NCBI GenBank assembly: GCA_000002435.2
Contig: CM018793.1
DNA: 64,000 bases
Strand: one strand, 5' to 3'
Source: Giardia intestinalis
Lineage: Eukaryota
Position numbers and translations under genes: made by a program
The notes under the pieces: generated by a model
Seen by the model: only the letters and a program-made list of their open reading frames with translations
Databases searched by the model: none
What the model was told of the DNA's origin: nothing
Shown here: in pieces, positions 26,601 to 34,806 of the stretch
Numbering within the stretch: position 1 is the stretch's first letter
How the letters are laid out: every line of letters starts with the position of its first letter

Positions 26601-28516
26601 AGTGTAAGATGCATGGTATCATTATCACGCCTATAGACACGCAAAGGTATATGTGATTGCTCAGAAACTTCAGTACTTGTGTAGCATGCTATATTGTCGC
26701 TCAAGCGGTTCAAAGAACGCTCCTTTCTTTCTGTGACTGTGATGGATGCGAGCTTCGGCTGGACTCCAGACTCACTAGCGTTAGGCGACGGGGCATTCAA
26801 GTCTGAGTAGCCCACGTCCGAAACGTCTATCGTGGCAAGATCTTCCTTCTCTGTGGGGGTAACCGGAGAACTTCTTCGGTACTGCTGAACATTGATGAGC
26901 ACGGATGACTTGGCAACTTCGTCACCCTGCCCATCTGGATAGATACAGGCCTCAGAAGGTGATCTATCCTGCTTCTGTGGCTCTTTTGCTTCAGCATTCG
27001 TCTTGCCTTGCTTAAGATGACTTTGTGATTCAGGACTGGACTCAGACCTCTGCTCCGAATTCAACAGCATTGGCTGATTGATCAAAGAGTGCTCTGTGCT
27101 CTTGAGGATCATTAGCAGAGAAAAAATCTCCAGTAGGTACATGTTGATTTCGTACACGATATGTTTGTCTTTATTGATAGATGCAGTGACTCCGCGCAGG
27201 TCTTCCTGTGATTGCGAATCCTCCTCTTTGGGGGCATCTAGAAATGCACGGAGCACCTCGCAATCAAGCATGTCCAGAATAAGGCATATGTATGCCAGTT
27301 TTTTCTGTTTAGAACATCTAGCAATGCACCCATGGGCTTGCTTTGTGCCGCGCCTATAGTCACGGAAGCCTATCTTATTAGTCGCTGAATCTAGCCTCAA
27401 TGAATTGTACAGAGCGATGATGTAGCAGAGACAGATGTTTTCTAGCGCTACATAAAATCTTCCGTCTGTAATTGCGACACGCTTTATATGGGATGTGAAA
27501 AGTAAGAGGCTATTGTAGAGCATCTCCGGGGTCAGGGATACTCCGGTGTAGGTATAGTCTCCGTTGTGAAGCCTGACTATTGCCGCCTGCTCCCTTCTGT
27601 ACTTGCGGATGACAAAAGTATAAGATAACAAAAATGTGAAGCATGCCCAACAAAGCACTGTCACGGTGTAAATCATGAAATGGTTGGTCGGCACAGGTAT
27701 GATAGTCATTACAATCCCCACCAAGTTGAGTCCAGAAAGCAAGCATAGAATTGCGATAATGACCGGAGTCAAAAAGCTGCAGAAGGGCACGATACAGTTA
27801 ATGATAATGCTATATGTTACAAACACAAGAACAAAGCCGTGTAGGCACCTGGATGCAATCATCCAGTTGGAAAGGCCGCGCATAAAGCCAATAAACACAA
27901 TGTACAGGGGGCCCATCACGAAGGAGATGATATAGGGCACTGCAGCAGTTAGCAGATACTGGATTGGGGTGAGGACAAACGTTGTAGACGCATAAAACAA
28001 AGACATGTAATTGAAAATTGTAAAATAGAAAATACTAAGGATTGCTACGATGAGATGGCAAAAGAACAAAGTAAATCTCTTTTGGATTGCATTGTAGAAT
28101 AATAAAAACGACGACCCAAAGGCGTATATCAATCTAATGCTTGTTAGAAAGTAGAAGACTAGACGCTTAGCTCGGGCTGCTTGATAGTTTGTGTTCCCCT
28201 TTGTCAGAGAGATGTGTAGAGCAAGAGAAAGGACAAACCCCATAACTAGAAAAGATGCCTGGAGTGAAACGACGATGGTAAAGAAGATATAAAGGCCCCA
28301 CGGGAAGGTGACCTTAAGAAAAATGTCATTAGGCCGTATGTAGCTAGTGATACAAAAAGCCAGAAGGAGGTAGAAGAAGATCTGATTCAAAAGCACGCTA
28401 ACAAAGAAGGGCCGACAGATGCTGTATTGACGCTTGCCAATGAGAAATGTAACAAGGCGCCTTCGCGAAAGACGCATTATGTTCTGCCAGCTTTGGCTGG
28501 TGCGCGGGGTCTTCAT
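20663..28516 (-). CDS. Very large multi-pass transmembrane protein of unknown family, ~2617 aa
   Basis: Track start 28582 is GTG; the first ATG is at 28516 (MKTPRTSQSWQNIMRLSRRR...), with a second ATG at 28477. About 10 hydrophobic helices lie in the first ~420 aa. A Ser/Asp/Glu-rich soluble region of ~800 aa follows. Further predicted helices occur near residues 1240, 1440, 1620, 2060, 2100, 2330-2400 (three) and 2580. No P-loop, S4-type RxxR array or other channel or transporter signature is recognisable by eye. Confidence 0.55.
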   Translation of the reverse strand: MKTPRTSQSWQNIMRLSRRRLVTFLIGKRQYSICRPFFVSVLLNQIFFYLLLAFCITSYIRPNDIFLKVTFPWGLYIFFTIVVSLQASFLVMGFVLSLALHISLTKGNTNYQAARAKRLVFYFLTSIRLIYAFGSSFLLFYNAIQKRFTLFFCHLIVAILSIFYFTIFNYMSLFYASTTFVLTPIQYLLTAAVPYIISFVMGPLYIVFIGFMRGLSNWMIASRCLHGFVLVFVTYSIIINCIVPFCSFLTPVIIAILCLLSGLNLVGIVMTIIPVPTNHFMIYTVTVLCWACFTFLLSYTFVIRKYRREQAAIVRLHNGDYTYTGVSLTPEMLYNSLLLFTSHIKRVAITDGRFYVALENICLCYIIALYNSLRLDSATNKIGFRDYRRGTKQAHGCIARCSKQKKLAYICLILDMLDCEVLRAFLDAPKEEDSQSQEDLRGVTASINKDKHIVYEINMYLLEIFSLLMILKSTEHSLINQPMLLNSEQRSESSPESQSHLKQGKTNAEAKEPQKQDRSPSEACIYPDGQGDEVAKSSVLINVQQYRRSSPVTPTEKEDLATIDVSDVGYSDLNAPSPNASESGVQPKLASITVTERKERSLNRLSDNIACYTSTEVSEQSHIPLRVYRRDNDTMHLTLNNRKRWLFHRPTFSIHHLSRGSKDTLASSAANLKDCRSKLQWIIQQLSPQFLRDLVFDSPELDLSTRSAWSLNALLETLLYSCCGFVLVKMSTKDLHPQFRRLFDPSRLFYLDDTPPQEMYKQQGISDNQSPICEGTKKITSIATPLSIASPYLSTPKDVSAIFNEQINPDVTPMSTMKQFHGTLRKLSRFKIIKYLGLDNIYDSISQCISNKEDLVEVERDYANALDFAPPTKYKYFANPKLANTRPMNICSCMIINSILGRILENADTCLTNIDRITKLSNNLKQDCHFSTVRLEELMVLCNKQNVMYQDIVEQAKRLYIAYPYCVTATHTLAWVYHELYNTIWPLNQLSIFPLISHIQPSLNNKELSNLNNSLFHSDYMRRRTSSMISDSSDVDSSTSSHDSAISPEDALEEQDSDDSDVTDGSDIKQLPDSPVSSQQESTAHSDDPATGTFSTLSLSSFGQTRTKSVLVDHISPGAPLIQQDSCCESVRTVRNYIQNFILTQDRSIQSFYISYTPEGSIVILPPCLSYCHYAVVDNPLSLQRCEYRTYADIKGAEASLMVSPVSINIVNHMAILSTALDTSMEKDGKTRSRSKKSRRLWRRFFTTGFHDSLGSTKSSAKRFVKTLLNKHQDIIRSITVFNPENLAYTVASLLAFVVSLFIINKASRVFMYNDSVIEAASIFAAVVQADEIAFMKIYDSYSQRVVNKEPIDTFFTPKDLEELYYLSISDIYEDMSQKIYNLGLDLEQYAFSSIHPFFHILKVSNKMVSFIPTPIPTRIYGTIVFQNPYKDMLVCFPPPQALDKLSLWNINNHQLITECIQSKIEGVRSNIYINIVPFVWNSMFTVATSSLLIQNFSTHLKVLLMALTGTVGFCLIFTFSSYNIFLVRLQNLSDLLLNLLSRTGARFDYRLLFAQFYSKERINFAYQNVKYTPTFEHLVSMHSEVTAEKDMLLRRCPPQLCVEQQPKTEASSSSSDGSSNLLSGSSSACYTSSSLGDMQGKLTYRYDYSRLVELYKTFSAQYDRPSVVWAISKVFVLLCIGLSMVLLYIFHSIPIISYTETGIGPYYASVIESMRYPDEDLDPTFYNKPWSNDIEPIHVTPAYQTIGDVVRFESCLQKATSPAESQECRSTHDYIDNSEHIIYASPQWRLTWLRQNYALLQDLILDTLLVDLSISQHTSITPTEPETEPYRLYYTCSRAIKNPHLAPFVLDRDIRFADVTKKLIYLYTMSVRSPSYDYYSMIINQYSNLASKYVMFVLDYGASSSPPPTFKENEYKAALLLPPFEVYKPMLNRQNLQKETVGIKAFIEMQRSVYNNSFSILQPSYAELRGKDPCAELTAFHSMLLMNSIAKQRESTSINKQLDEKNITTEHLFSLLLLLSCVPVTLLVLHHFSAPRVKIPKTTRPRSPVWVDLYSYRSLPRFFAVLASLIAAVIITIIVASFTQFFNNKVAVSHMTRIYVSSSRLNSLGLQLLESLGDYNMQLASLEWDDANQAYRYACEDIYVALQRPVMLNTKFHLVDAVESIKPFIDTDQMLDLYYNIRHAVFSVNVALARMCILPREMFPEKIQQYTADVYLDEVFNFSKPVPDKKYSSYYEDYLLCAGPTNCVEIYSYARLKSLTDKELHLYIKSISKGSNILFKNLLLFSHKVELTTNSLTRQILAVETQIDNFLVLMQRIISWFLVIHVILLVLLYVYLQFAPTRTGLVVFKIMTTHRHSLALSFGLTVGAFIVLIFVLLISLLMAMFRVEVVTTDETKRWTETRLYNSLGNVFINSRLINLTLATLQNTDLSYEEMHISELYTRIQNLNEYAKVAQSAATMLLPGFSYTNSTGMYDIKELLINYTTSILVATEEVRKRIWDAADKVNQRIRLSDVYDKDDYLGITNLTLGDINKIMEGYVSPVFKMRNIKLAVSTVYGVMIGAFLVCATYTIIVVRKEISSILTILNTIPVADLLSFKELSSGIFNAYGDMLSFAKLL

Positions 28517-28839
28517 CGACAATACCACACTTGGCAATTTGAAACCTTTTTTGCCTGATGTCGAGGGCCAATCGATCCTCACTTGTACCTCTGCTTGTAG
28601 ATATGCTCTTAGGCGTTATGGATGCAGAGCCCTTTGAACCCCAAAGCTCGCAGGTAGTGGTGGGGTACATAGCCGAGCGAAATATGACCACAGCTGCCTC
28701 CCAAGACCCTTGTCCTAGTACCTATGGACATTAACTAATGAGCTAGTTTGGTTATCGTCCGAACCAGGTAGAAAACAGGCAGTGGTCGAGTGGGTGACGT
28801 TTGTTAGACTTAATGCTGAATGATAGAAAGCTTGCTAAT

Positions 28840-28846
28840 ATTTACT
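28840..28846 (-). promoter_or_regulatory. AGTAAAT poly(A) signal 11 nt downstream of the TGA stop of gene 28857..30560
   Basis: The plus strand reads aatATTTACTgggg, which is AGTAAAT on the coding (minus) strand. Confidence 0.4.
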
Positions 28847-28856
28847 GGGGCATCAG

Positions 28857-30560
28857 TCACTCGTTATTGATGGCGGCAAATACGGCATCCAATGTCCGCA
28901 TCTGCTGCTGGATTGTTTCTGACTTCTTGCTAAGCTTAATTACATCCCGGAAGCACATAATGAAGCTGGTGACGTTTGTAGTTATCTTCGTAAGGTCCTT
29001 CATGATGGCCCCTGTCACCTCATCGTCTGTCAAGGACCCATTGGCCACAGCACCAGTCTCCGAGTCTGGGTTCGTTGCAATGCGAACTGAAGTCTGACAG
29101 ATAACCACTACGACGAGTGTTACTGTTAACAGGATGAACGCTTGATCTAGCTCTTCTGTATATGAGAGGACGTCCATGACGAAAAGTGAAAGCTCAAAGG
29201 AAACCTTGCTAAACACCGTTAAAACGCAGCTAGATGTAACAGCGGGTATAATCTCAAAGATTGTATCGAAATTGGACTTGAAAAGGTTGTGCGCACGCTG
29301 GCGAAGCTGTCTGTGCAGTGCTGTCACTTGGGGGGTCTCTGGGGCAGAGTCGCAGGCAGTAAGCGTGGCTTCGTCGATGCTCACAGTAGTGGCCTCTTCA
29401 ACAGCATCAGAGGTATTGCAATCGTTTGCGCTGGATGATCCTTGGGTTACTGCCCTAGCACTGCCATTGAAGCTATGAGCAGACGAAGCCATTGGAGCCA
29501 AGACCTGCTTATCGGTACAGAAGTTAAAATATGCCTCATATCCCTCGAAACCATAGTACGCTAGCCCCAGAGGCTCCCTCGTCTTGACCTTCTTCCTATT
29601 AAATAGGCTGGTGACTCGTTGAGTTTGGGTGCAATCGATAGAGTCTAAGCATTCACCCGAGAGAATAAGCGAAACAATCTTTATGACTGCACAGCTAACG
29701 GTATCAATGCGCTCCTTTTCCATCAGGATGAATGAGCGATACACATTGCTCATCTTAGTGACCCTTAGAGCTATCCCTACGGCTTCATAGAGGGTTCTTG
29801 AATACAGAAGCGTGACGCCACACAGGTATGTTAATCCTTGAACATATGGCGTCTTGCTGCTGCTTATGACAGCAACCAGGACGTCACAGAAGGAAGGGAA
29901 AAGGGGAGAGTTCGTCTCAAATAGCTTTAACTCTCTAAAGGTGCGGTGGGCATCAGCCATAAGGAGTCTATTGCCCCGGACATAAAAGACACTCCACACG
30001 TGACCCTCTGCCTCGTATATCTTATCGATAGGTATAAGTGCATCGCTGGAAAGGACTGACCCGTCCTCCTGAGTTCGATAGCTGTTGTAGTATCCTGCTT
30101 CCATGGCTGCAGTATCGACATTTAAAGGCATTGTGTGCGTAAGAGGACTCGCCAGTATCTTCTTACATATGACTTCTGCCTCCTGGGTGTACTTGAGTGT
30201 CAAATACGTCCACGAGGCACGTCTGAAATATGCTGGGATCTCCCCATGCTGCATCAGCAGGGCAGTTAGTCCTTCAAGGGTCTCGGCTGAGGGAGATTGA
30301 TTGAGCAGGCGCGACCAGGTGAGATCAGCGAGAGCTCGGAGATCTGGAGTGTTGAAGCAAGAAGGTTTAGTAGTAGTTGGTACAGGGATATTTAAAACCT
30401 GAAGGGTCCCGTTACGCTTTGCAGCAAAAGCAACCTCCGATTGGACGGTAGTCTCTTCAAACTTTGCGACGTAAGCATCGATGACCCACAGAGGGATGTC
30501 CTTGTTCCTTAGCAGTACTCCAAGGATCCCGATTTGCTGTTGTTTGCCGATGACGTTCAT
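28857..30560 (-). CDS. Hypothetical protein, 567 aa
   Basis: ATG at 30560 with caaaaaactcaaaaaaaccttaaatcgg upstream. No domain recognised with confidence. A Ser/Thr-rich central segment and a C-terminal hydrophobic stretch (LTVTLVVVVICQTSV) are present. Confidence 0.45.
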   Translation of the reverse strand: MNVIGKQQQIGILGVLLRNKDIPLWVIDAYVAKFEETTVQSEVAFAAKRNGTLQVLNIPVPTTTKPSCFNTPDLRALADLTWSRLLNQSPSAETLEGLTALLMQHGEIPAYFRRASWTYLTLKYTQEAEVICKKILASPLTHTMPLNVDTAAMEAGYYNSYRTQEDGSVLSSDALIPIDKIYEAEGHVWSVFYVRGNRLLMADAHRTFRELKLFETNSPLFPSFCDVLVAVISSSKTPYVQGLTYLCGVTLLYSRTLYEAVGIALRVTKMSNVYRSFILMEKERIDTVSCAVIKIVSLILSGECLDSIDCTQTQRVTSLFNRKKVKTREPLGLAYYGFEGYEAYFNFCTDKQVLAPMASSAHSFNGSARAVTQGSSSANDCNTSDAVEEATTVSIDEATLTACDSAPETPQVTALHRQLRQRAHNLFKSNFDTIFEIIPAVTSSCVLTVFSKVSFELSLFVMDVLSYTEELDQAFILLTVTLVVVVICQTSVRIATNPDSETGAVANGSLTDDEVTGAIMKDLTKITTNVTSFIMCFRDVIKLSKKSETIQQQMRTLDAVFAAINNE

Positions 30561-30613
30561 TGTCTGTCTCTACCGATTTAAGGTTTTTTTGAGTTTTTTG
30601 AACAAGACCACAA

Positions 30614-31111
30614 ATGTCCCTTGTTCAGGCCATGGGCACACGTGTCCTTTTAGACCTGACCAAGAACACACTTGGCGGTGGGGCGGTTATATCATCGTGC
30701 AGCCAGAGCTGTGCGTCCTGTCCTAGTGCCGGTTCATGTGGCGCGACCAGCGGCTACGGAGGCTTTGGAAGCGACAATGGAGTGACATTCACGACTCAGA
30801 CAACTTCAGGCACAAACACAGGTATTACTGCAGGTACACTGGGTGCTGCTGTCGTACACCAGAGTGGCCAAATGACCGTCAACGATGCACAGCAAGGCAA
30901 TAACTGTAACATAGGTCAAGAATTTCTTCCCGTGCAGGATATTAAGGCAAGACCTTTAGACTATTCGCGGACGAAGAAAGGCCCCTTTGACTTTTTGGCA
31001 GGAAGGGGGTCTTTCCGGCACCATTCACAAGAACAGCCAAGACATGAAGCAACCTCTTCTCAATCAGGAGACGTCGTTGCAGACGTGCTCAGAGACCTGG
31101 GGCTGCTCTAG
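30614..31111 (+). CDS. Small Gly/Ser/Thr-rich hypothetical protein, 165 aa
   Basis: ATG at 30614, 53 bp from and divergent to the ATG at 30560. A T-rich spacer lies between them (ggtttttttgagttttttgaacaagaccacaa). The composition is low-complexity (GGGAVISSCSQSCASCPSAGSCGATSGYGGFGSDNG), so the coding status is uncertain. Confidence 0.3.
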   Translation: MSLVQAMGTRVLLDLTKNTLGGGAVISSCSQSCASCPSAGSCGATSGYGGFGSDNGVTFTTQTTSGTNTGITAGTLGAAVVHQSGQMTVNDAQQGNNCNIGQEFLPVQDIKARPLDYSRTKKGPFDFLAGRGSFRHHSQEQPRHEATSSQSGDVVADVLRDLGLL

Positions 31112-31142
31112 GAACTGCAAAAGGCGCTAAAAAATCGCTCGG

Positions 31143-33002
31143 ATGCTTTGGACAGACATACTTCATCTTTGTCAGCAGTCATCTCTTCCTAGCAGGCTTG
31201 AGGGAAGATTTACAGCGGCTGTCTCCGCCTGTGATAATCACCTTCTCCTGAGATGTCTGCTGTCTGCCGCACAGTATGGAAACGTCCGGGCTGTGGAAAT
31301 CATTAACAAGGCCACACAGGATCGTATCTATACTACCAAGCATACTGCTCTATCTGTTGCCATAGAGTACCACCATGAAGCCATAGCCAAAATCTTGCTC
31401 CCAACCGAGGCTTGCATCACAAAGGTTACTGTGGCTATGAGCCGAGTAATAATGGGCGATCAGCTGCACAGTGTCGAGGCCCAAATAACGGCGTCAAAAG
31501 ACTTATGTTTTAAGGAGCTGTCCGAAAGAGATGTAGCGGGTCGGAGTCTCGCCGAGTACTGTATCCTCTTTCGACGCACGGCCCTTCTCACGAGAATATT
31601 GGAGCAAATAATGGAATTTCATTTGGACACAGACCTACTTCGCACTGCCTACCACGAGCCAATCATCTTTCTTGCCATAAGGGAGAGAGACCTAGACAGC
31701 TTTGTTGCTTTGTATGACTTCTGTTGTCGCCACGGGTTAAACCGCAGCATAGATAATCAGAGTTTGAAGAGTTACTCTATGTCCACGGGAGCTTCAGCCA
31801 TTGTGTGCTGGCTATCCAAACGACCGGAGCCTGGAGGTCATTTAAGCACTACATTGACCATTGAAACGCAGAGAAAATCTGTTACTATCATAGGATTAGC
31901 AGACTGTGGCCCAGGTTTTAGCAAAGTAGCTGGACGTCCACAGTTAGAAGGGAGCTCCGAACTTCAGCAATCCGATCCCGCACTCACGCCTGCCAGTGAT
32001 AAGGAAAAATCTACTTGCCTTTCCGAGAAGTCTGAGCCTTTAGTGTCCATGCTTTCACGTGAGTTAGAGGGATGTGCAATGAGGAATCACGACAGTACGT
32101 CTGCTTGCGATAAACACATCAAGGAATCTGGCCTCTCTTATTCATCCATGCTCAACCAGCTAGCTCTAATTGACAAAGACGAAGCTCTGCAAAGGAGTGT
32201 TCACTCGTTCATACATACAAATTCGGTGATAATGAATATCGTGCGGGCTAGCTTCTACAGCAATACGTCAGGCACTCTAGAGACAGATACGAGCCAACAC
32301 AGACCTCTGTTGGCAGAGCTGTCTGCCGTAAAGCTCTGTGGGATGCATCCGGTGTTTTCGATGAACATCATAGTGAAGCCTCCTGGTGTAGTTGCAGTGC
32401 AAGAGGCTCTTTTACAGAGTGAGGAGGTACTGGGTCTGACTCCATTCAGTGATCCACAACGCTTCACCCGATTAAACCCCCTGAACTATGATGATGCACT
32501 AGACACACTAGAGTGGTTTTTGAATACACCCAGTAGTGACATGGGTAAGATCTTTTTGCAGAACAAACTGGCTGTGGAAGTGCCATTTAACCGGTCCCAC
32601 AGCGTGGTTCGGCTTGAAACAGGTATCGATCTGATAATGCACAGTAATTCACCTTACTTCGAGATGGTTCCTTCGTGCGATGTGGAATGTAGGACTGAAG
32701 ATGGTCGCCTACTTGTTTTGGCGAGCTTCAACAGTGAGCTAAAGGAAGTTGTCGCACATATGCAGGACAGATATGTTTTTATAAGTGACTTTCTCATTAT
32801 GGGATTGAAGGGCAGATATGTTCGCGACTTGCTTAAGACAGGCAGGCGTTGGCCACGTAGCGGTCAATATGCATTATGCACCAAGCATGCTCGCTGCCAA
32901 CACTTATACTCTTCAGTGTGTGAACCAATGTGTGCATACACTGAAATAGAGCAGTTACTGCAGTACACGAGGCGGAGGATTTCCAGCGGGCAGAAGGTCT
33001 AG
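31143..33002 (+). CDS. Hypothetical protein with weak N-terminal ankyrin-like repeats, 619 aa
   Basis: ATG at 31143 with gcgctaaaaaatcgctcgg upstream. The N-terminus (LLRCLLSAAQYGNVRAVEIINKAT...HTALSVAIEYHHEAIAKILL) is ankyrin-like. The remainder is unrecognised. The last 48 nt overlap the convergent kinase-like gene. Confidence 0.45.
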   Translation: MLWTDILHLCQQSSLPSRLEGRFTAAVSACDNHLLLRCLLSAAQYGNVRAVEIINKATQDRIYTTKHTALSVAIEYHHEAIAKILLPTEACITKVTVAMSRVIMGDQLHSVEAQITASKDLCFKELSERDVAGRSLAEYCILFRRTALLTRILEQIMEFHLDTDLLRTAYHEPIIFLAIRERDLDSFVALYDFCCRHGLNRSIDNQSLKSYSMSTGASAIVCWLSKRPEPGGHLSTTLTIETQRKSVTIIGLADCGPGFSKVAGRPQLEGSSELQQSDPALTPASDKEKSTCLSEKSEPLVSMLSRELEGCAMRNHDSTSACDKHIKESGLSYSSMLNQLALIDKDEALQRSVHSFIHTNSVIMNIVRASFYSNTSGTLETDTSQHRPLLAELSAVKLCGMHPVFSMNIIVKPPGVVAVQEALLQSEEVLGLTPFSDPQRFTRLNPLNYDDALDTLEWFLNTPSSDMGKIFLQNKLAVEVPFNRSHSVVRLETGIDLIMHSNSPYFEMVPSCDVECRTEDGRLLVLASFNSELKEVVAHMQDRYVFISDFLIMGLKGRYVRDLLKTGRRWPRSGQYALCTKHARCQHLYSSVCEPMCAYTEIEQLLQYTRRRISSGQKV

Positions 33003-33830
33003 GACTGTTCTAGAGCTGCTATACACGCGCTGATCCTCGAGGATCTCATCAACTGTTATTCTTTCTGTAGGATCAAGGGACAGCATTCGCTGGCAAAGTT
33101 TTGATAGCTCAGGGGTTTGGAGCGCTATGTCTGAGATTTGAAATTCCTTTCTGCTCTCCTGAACGGCATCCACGAACAGAAGGCTACAAGTGCACATTTC
33201 ATACACCAGGCATCCTAACGCCCAAACGTCACTTGCCGTTGTTAGTACTCTGTCTTCTAGCTCTGGAGGAGCATACGCCCTACTCCCGTAAACCTGTAAT
33301 TGCTCCTTGTCAGCCAGAAGGGTCAGGGGGCACGCAAAGTCGAAGCCCGAAAGGAGGACCGTACCATCGTCTGCCACGAAGACTGACTTGCTCGTTATGT
33401 TCCGGTGCAAGAAACCGGTGTAGTCCCCAAAGGTAGCTGAGGTGTGCAGGTACTGGAGTGCTCGGGAGAGAGCGTTCATGACAGAATAAATGAATTGGAC
33501 TGAGGGAAGTGCATTGCTTTTCCGGAACCGCTCGAGCACGTCGGAGAGAGATCCGTGCTTGTATAGTGGAAAGACTAGCCAAAGGGTATTATCGTCGTAG
33601 TCTGCGCTGTACAGCACGGGCGAGTCAATGTTAGAATGTTCCAAGGAGTCCAGCAGAGGGCCCTCTTGGCGTAGCATATGAAAGTAAACGGAGTCATCGC
33701 TCAGCTCACTGCAGTCGACCTCTCTCACAGCATAGATGTTGCTTGTGGCAGGATCGATGGCTCTATATATCACCGAGTGGGCGCCGATCCAAATCGTCTC
33801 GGTGCAGAGGAGATCCTCGAGGCTCCTCAT
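32955..33830 (-). CDS. NEK-type protein kinase-like protein, predicted catalytically inactive (pseudokinase), 291 aa
   Basis: The track ORF 32955..34076 begins in RPL4 sequence; the first ATG after the RPL4 stop is at 33830 (MRSLEDLLCTETIWIGAHSVIYRAID...). A kinase fold is recognisable: YGSRAYAPPE (APE motif) and DVWALGCLVYEM (DxWxxG). The catalytic residues are substituted: HRNITSKS for HRDLKxxN, GFDFA for DFG, YAVREV for VAIK (Lys to Arg), and there is no GxGxxG loop. Confidence 0.6.
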   Translation of the reverse strand: MRSLEDLLCTETIWIGAHSVIYRAIDPATSNIYAVREVDCSELSDDSVYFHMLRQEGPLLDSLEHSNIDSPVLYSADYDDNTLWLVFPLYKHGSLSDVLERFRKSNALPSVQFIYSVMNALSRALQYLHTSATFGDYTGFLHRNITSKSVFVADDGTVLLSGFDFACPLTLLADKEQLQVYGSRAYAPPELEDRVLTTASDVWALGCLVYEMCTCSLLFVDAVQESRKEFQISDIALQTPELSKLCQRMLSLDPTERITVDEILEDQRVYSSSRTVLDLLPAGNPPPRVLQ

Positions 33831-33853
33831 TGTGCAAACGTTTTGCGCCAGCG

Positions 33854-33860
33854 ATTTACT
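33854..33860 (-). promoter_or_regulatory. AGTAAAT poly(A) signal overlapping the TAA stop of RPL4
   Basis: Plus strand gcgATTTACTtggg. The TAA stop (33858..33856 on the minus strand) lies inside the heptamer. The kinase-like gene's ATG is only 26 nt further downstream. Confidence 0.45.
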
Positions 33861-34806
33861 TGGGCATGACCGTTCCGCTGGGATCGAGGCGGGCCAGGGC
33901 CTCCTTGGAGGAGAAGGGATCGACCTTACGCTCGATGACCAGAGGATCACGCTTGGGCACGAAGGTCTTCTGGACGGCGTCGGACTGGAGGATGCGCTCA
34001 ATATCCGTCTGGGTGATGCAGGATCTCGGGAGCGTGTAGTTCTGCTTGGCGGCGTAGACGTCATCAAGGGACGCAAACGCAGACTTCGTCCAGAGAATGA
34101 GGCGGCCTGGGTGCGAGCCTGGGGCCAGCTCTAGAAGACGGATGCTCGAGACGTGGCAGAGGTCAACGCCCGGGAGATTGCGGAACCCGCGCGCGACATC
34201 CTCTGTGTTGTAGATGACGAGAGGCCCTTTCCTGGTGATGTAGCGGCGGTTCCTCATCTTCCCGCGACCGGCGCGGATGTGTCGACTATCCTTGCAGCGC
34301 TCAACGTCACGGAGAACGCCGACGGCCTTGATGATCGCCAGCGCGTCCTTGGTCTTGGTGACGTTGTCTGTGTCGACGACGAGGGGAATGGACGGAACAT
34401 CGGCGATGCGGTGCCCGCGTGCCTCCACAAGGGCCGCGTTGGCTGACGCCGCAAGGGCTGACGCGACGGCATACCTCCTCTGGTTCAGGTTGACCTTGCG
34501 GCACCACCTCCTGATGACTGTGGTGGGGTGGGCCATGTGACCGCCGCGGGCGAAGTTCGCGTAGGCGCCGATCCCCCCGTGCTTGCGAGGAAGGCGCGCC
34601 ACGGCACGCCCCGGGCCCCAGGAATGCGCAGTGCACTGGACACCGGCGTAGCGGCTGACCGCATAGGGCGTCCTCAGACATTTGCGGAGCTGCGTGTGGA
34701 CAAAGTTGATGATATCGGGACGCAACGGCACATTGAACACCTTGGGCCTCGGAAGCTCCGCAACCTGGGTTCCTGTGGGGCCGAAGACCTTGACAGTCGG
34801 GTTCAT
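33856..34806 (-). CDS. RPL4: 60S ribosomal protein L4 (uL4), 316 aa
   Basis: ATG at 34806 with caaaaaattgttgaagg upstream. Matches human RPL4 along its length: RPDIINFVHTQLRK (RPDIVNFVHTNLRK), PYAVSRYAG, HSWGPGRAVARLPR (ESWGTGRAVARIPR), RGGHMAHPT (RGGRMFAPT), WRRWCRKVN (WRRWHRRVN), QRRYAVASALAASA (QKRYAICSALAASA), RAGRGKMRNRRYITRKGPLVIYN ([23 protein letters not shown]), LELAPGSHPGRLILWTKSAF ([20 protein letters not shown]). Confidence 0.9.
   Translation of the reverse strand: MNPTVKVFGPTGTQVAELPRPKVFNVPLRPDIINFVHTQLRKCLRTPYAVSRYAGVQCTAHSWGPGRAVARLPRKHGGIGAYANFARGGHMAHPTTVIRRWCRKVNLNQRRYAVASALAASANAALVEARGHRIADVPSIPLVVDTDNVTKTKDALAIIKAVGVLRDVERCKDSRHIRAGRGKMRNRRYITRKGPLVIYNTEDVARGFRNLPGVDLCHVSSIRLLELAPGSHPGRLILWTKSAFASLDDVYAAKQNYTLPRSCITQTDIERILQSDAVQKTFVPKRDPLVIERKVDPFSSKEALARLDPSGTVMPK

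Noticed and set aside
28801-29097. 98-aa plus-strand ORF beginning in the 340-bp spacer upstream of the giant membrane protein gene and running antisense into gene 28857..30560
   Set aside because: It is mostly antisense to a longer, better-supported ORF. The spacer part alone is too short to call.
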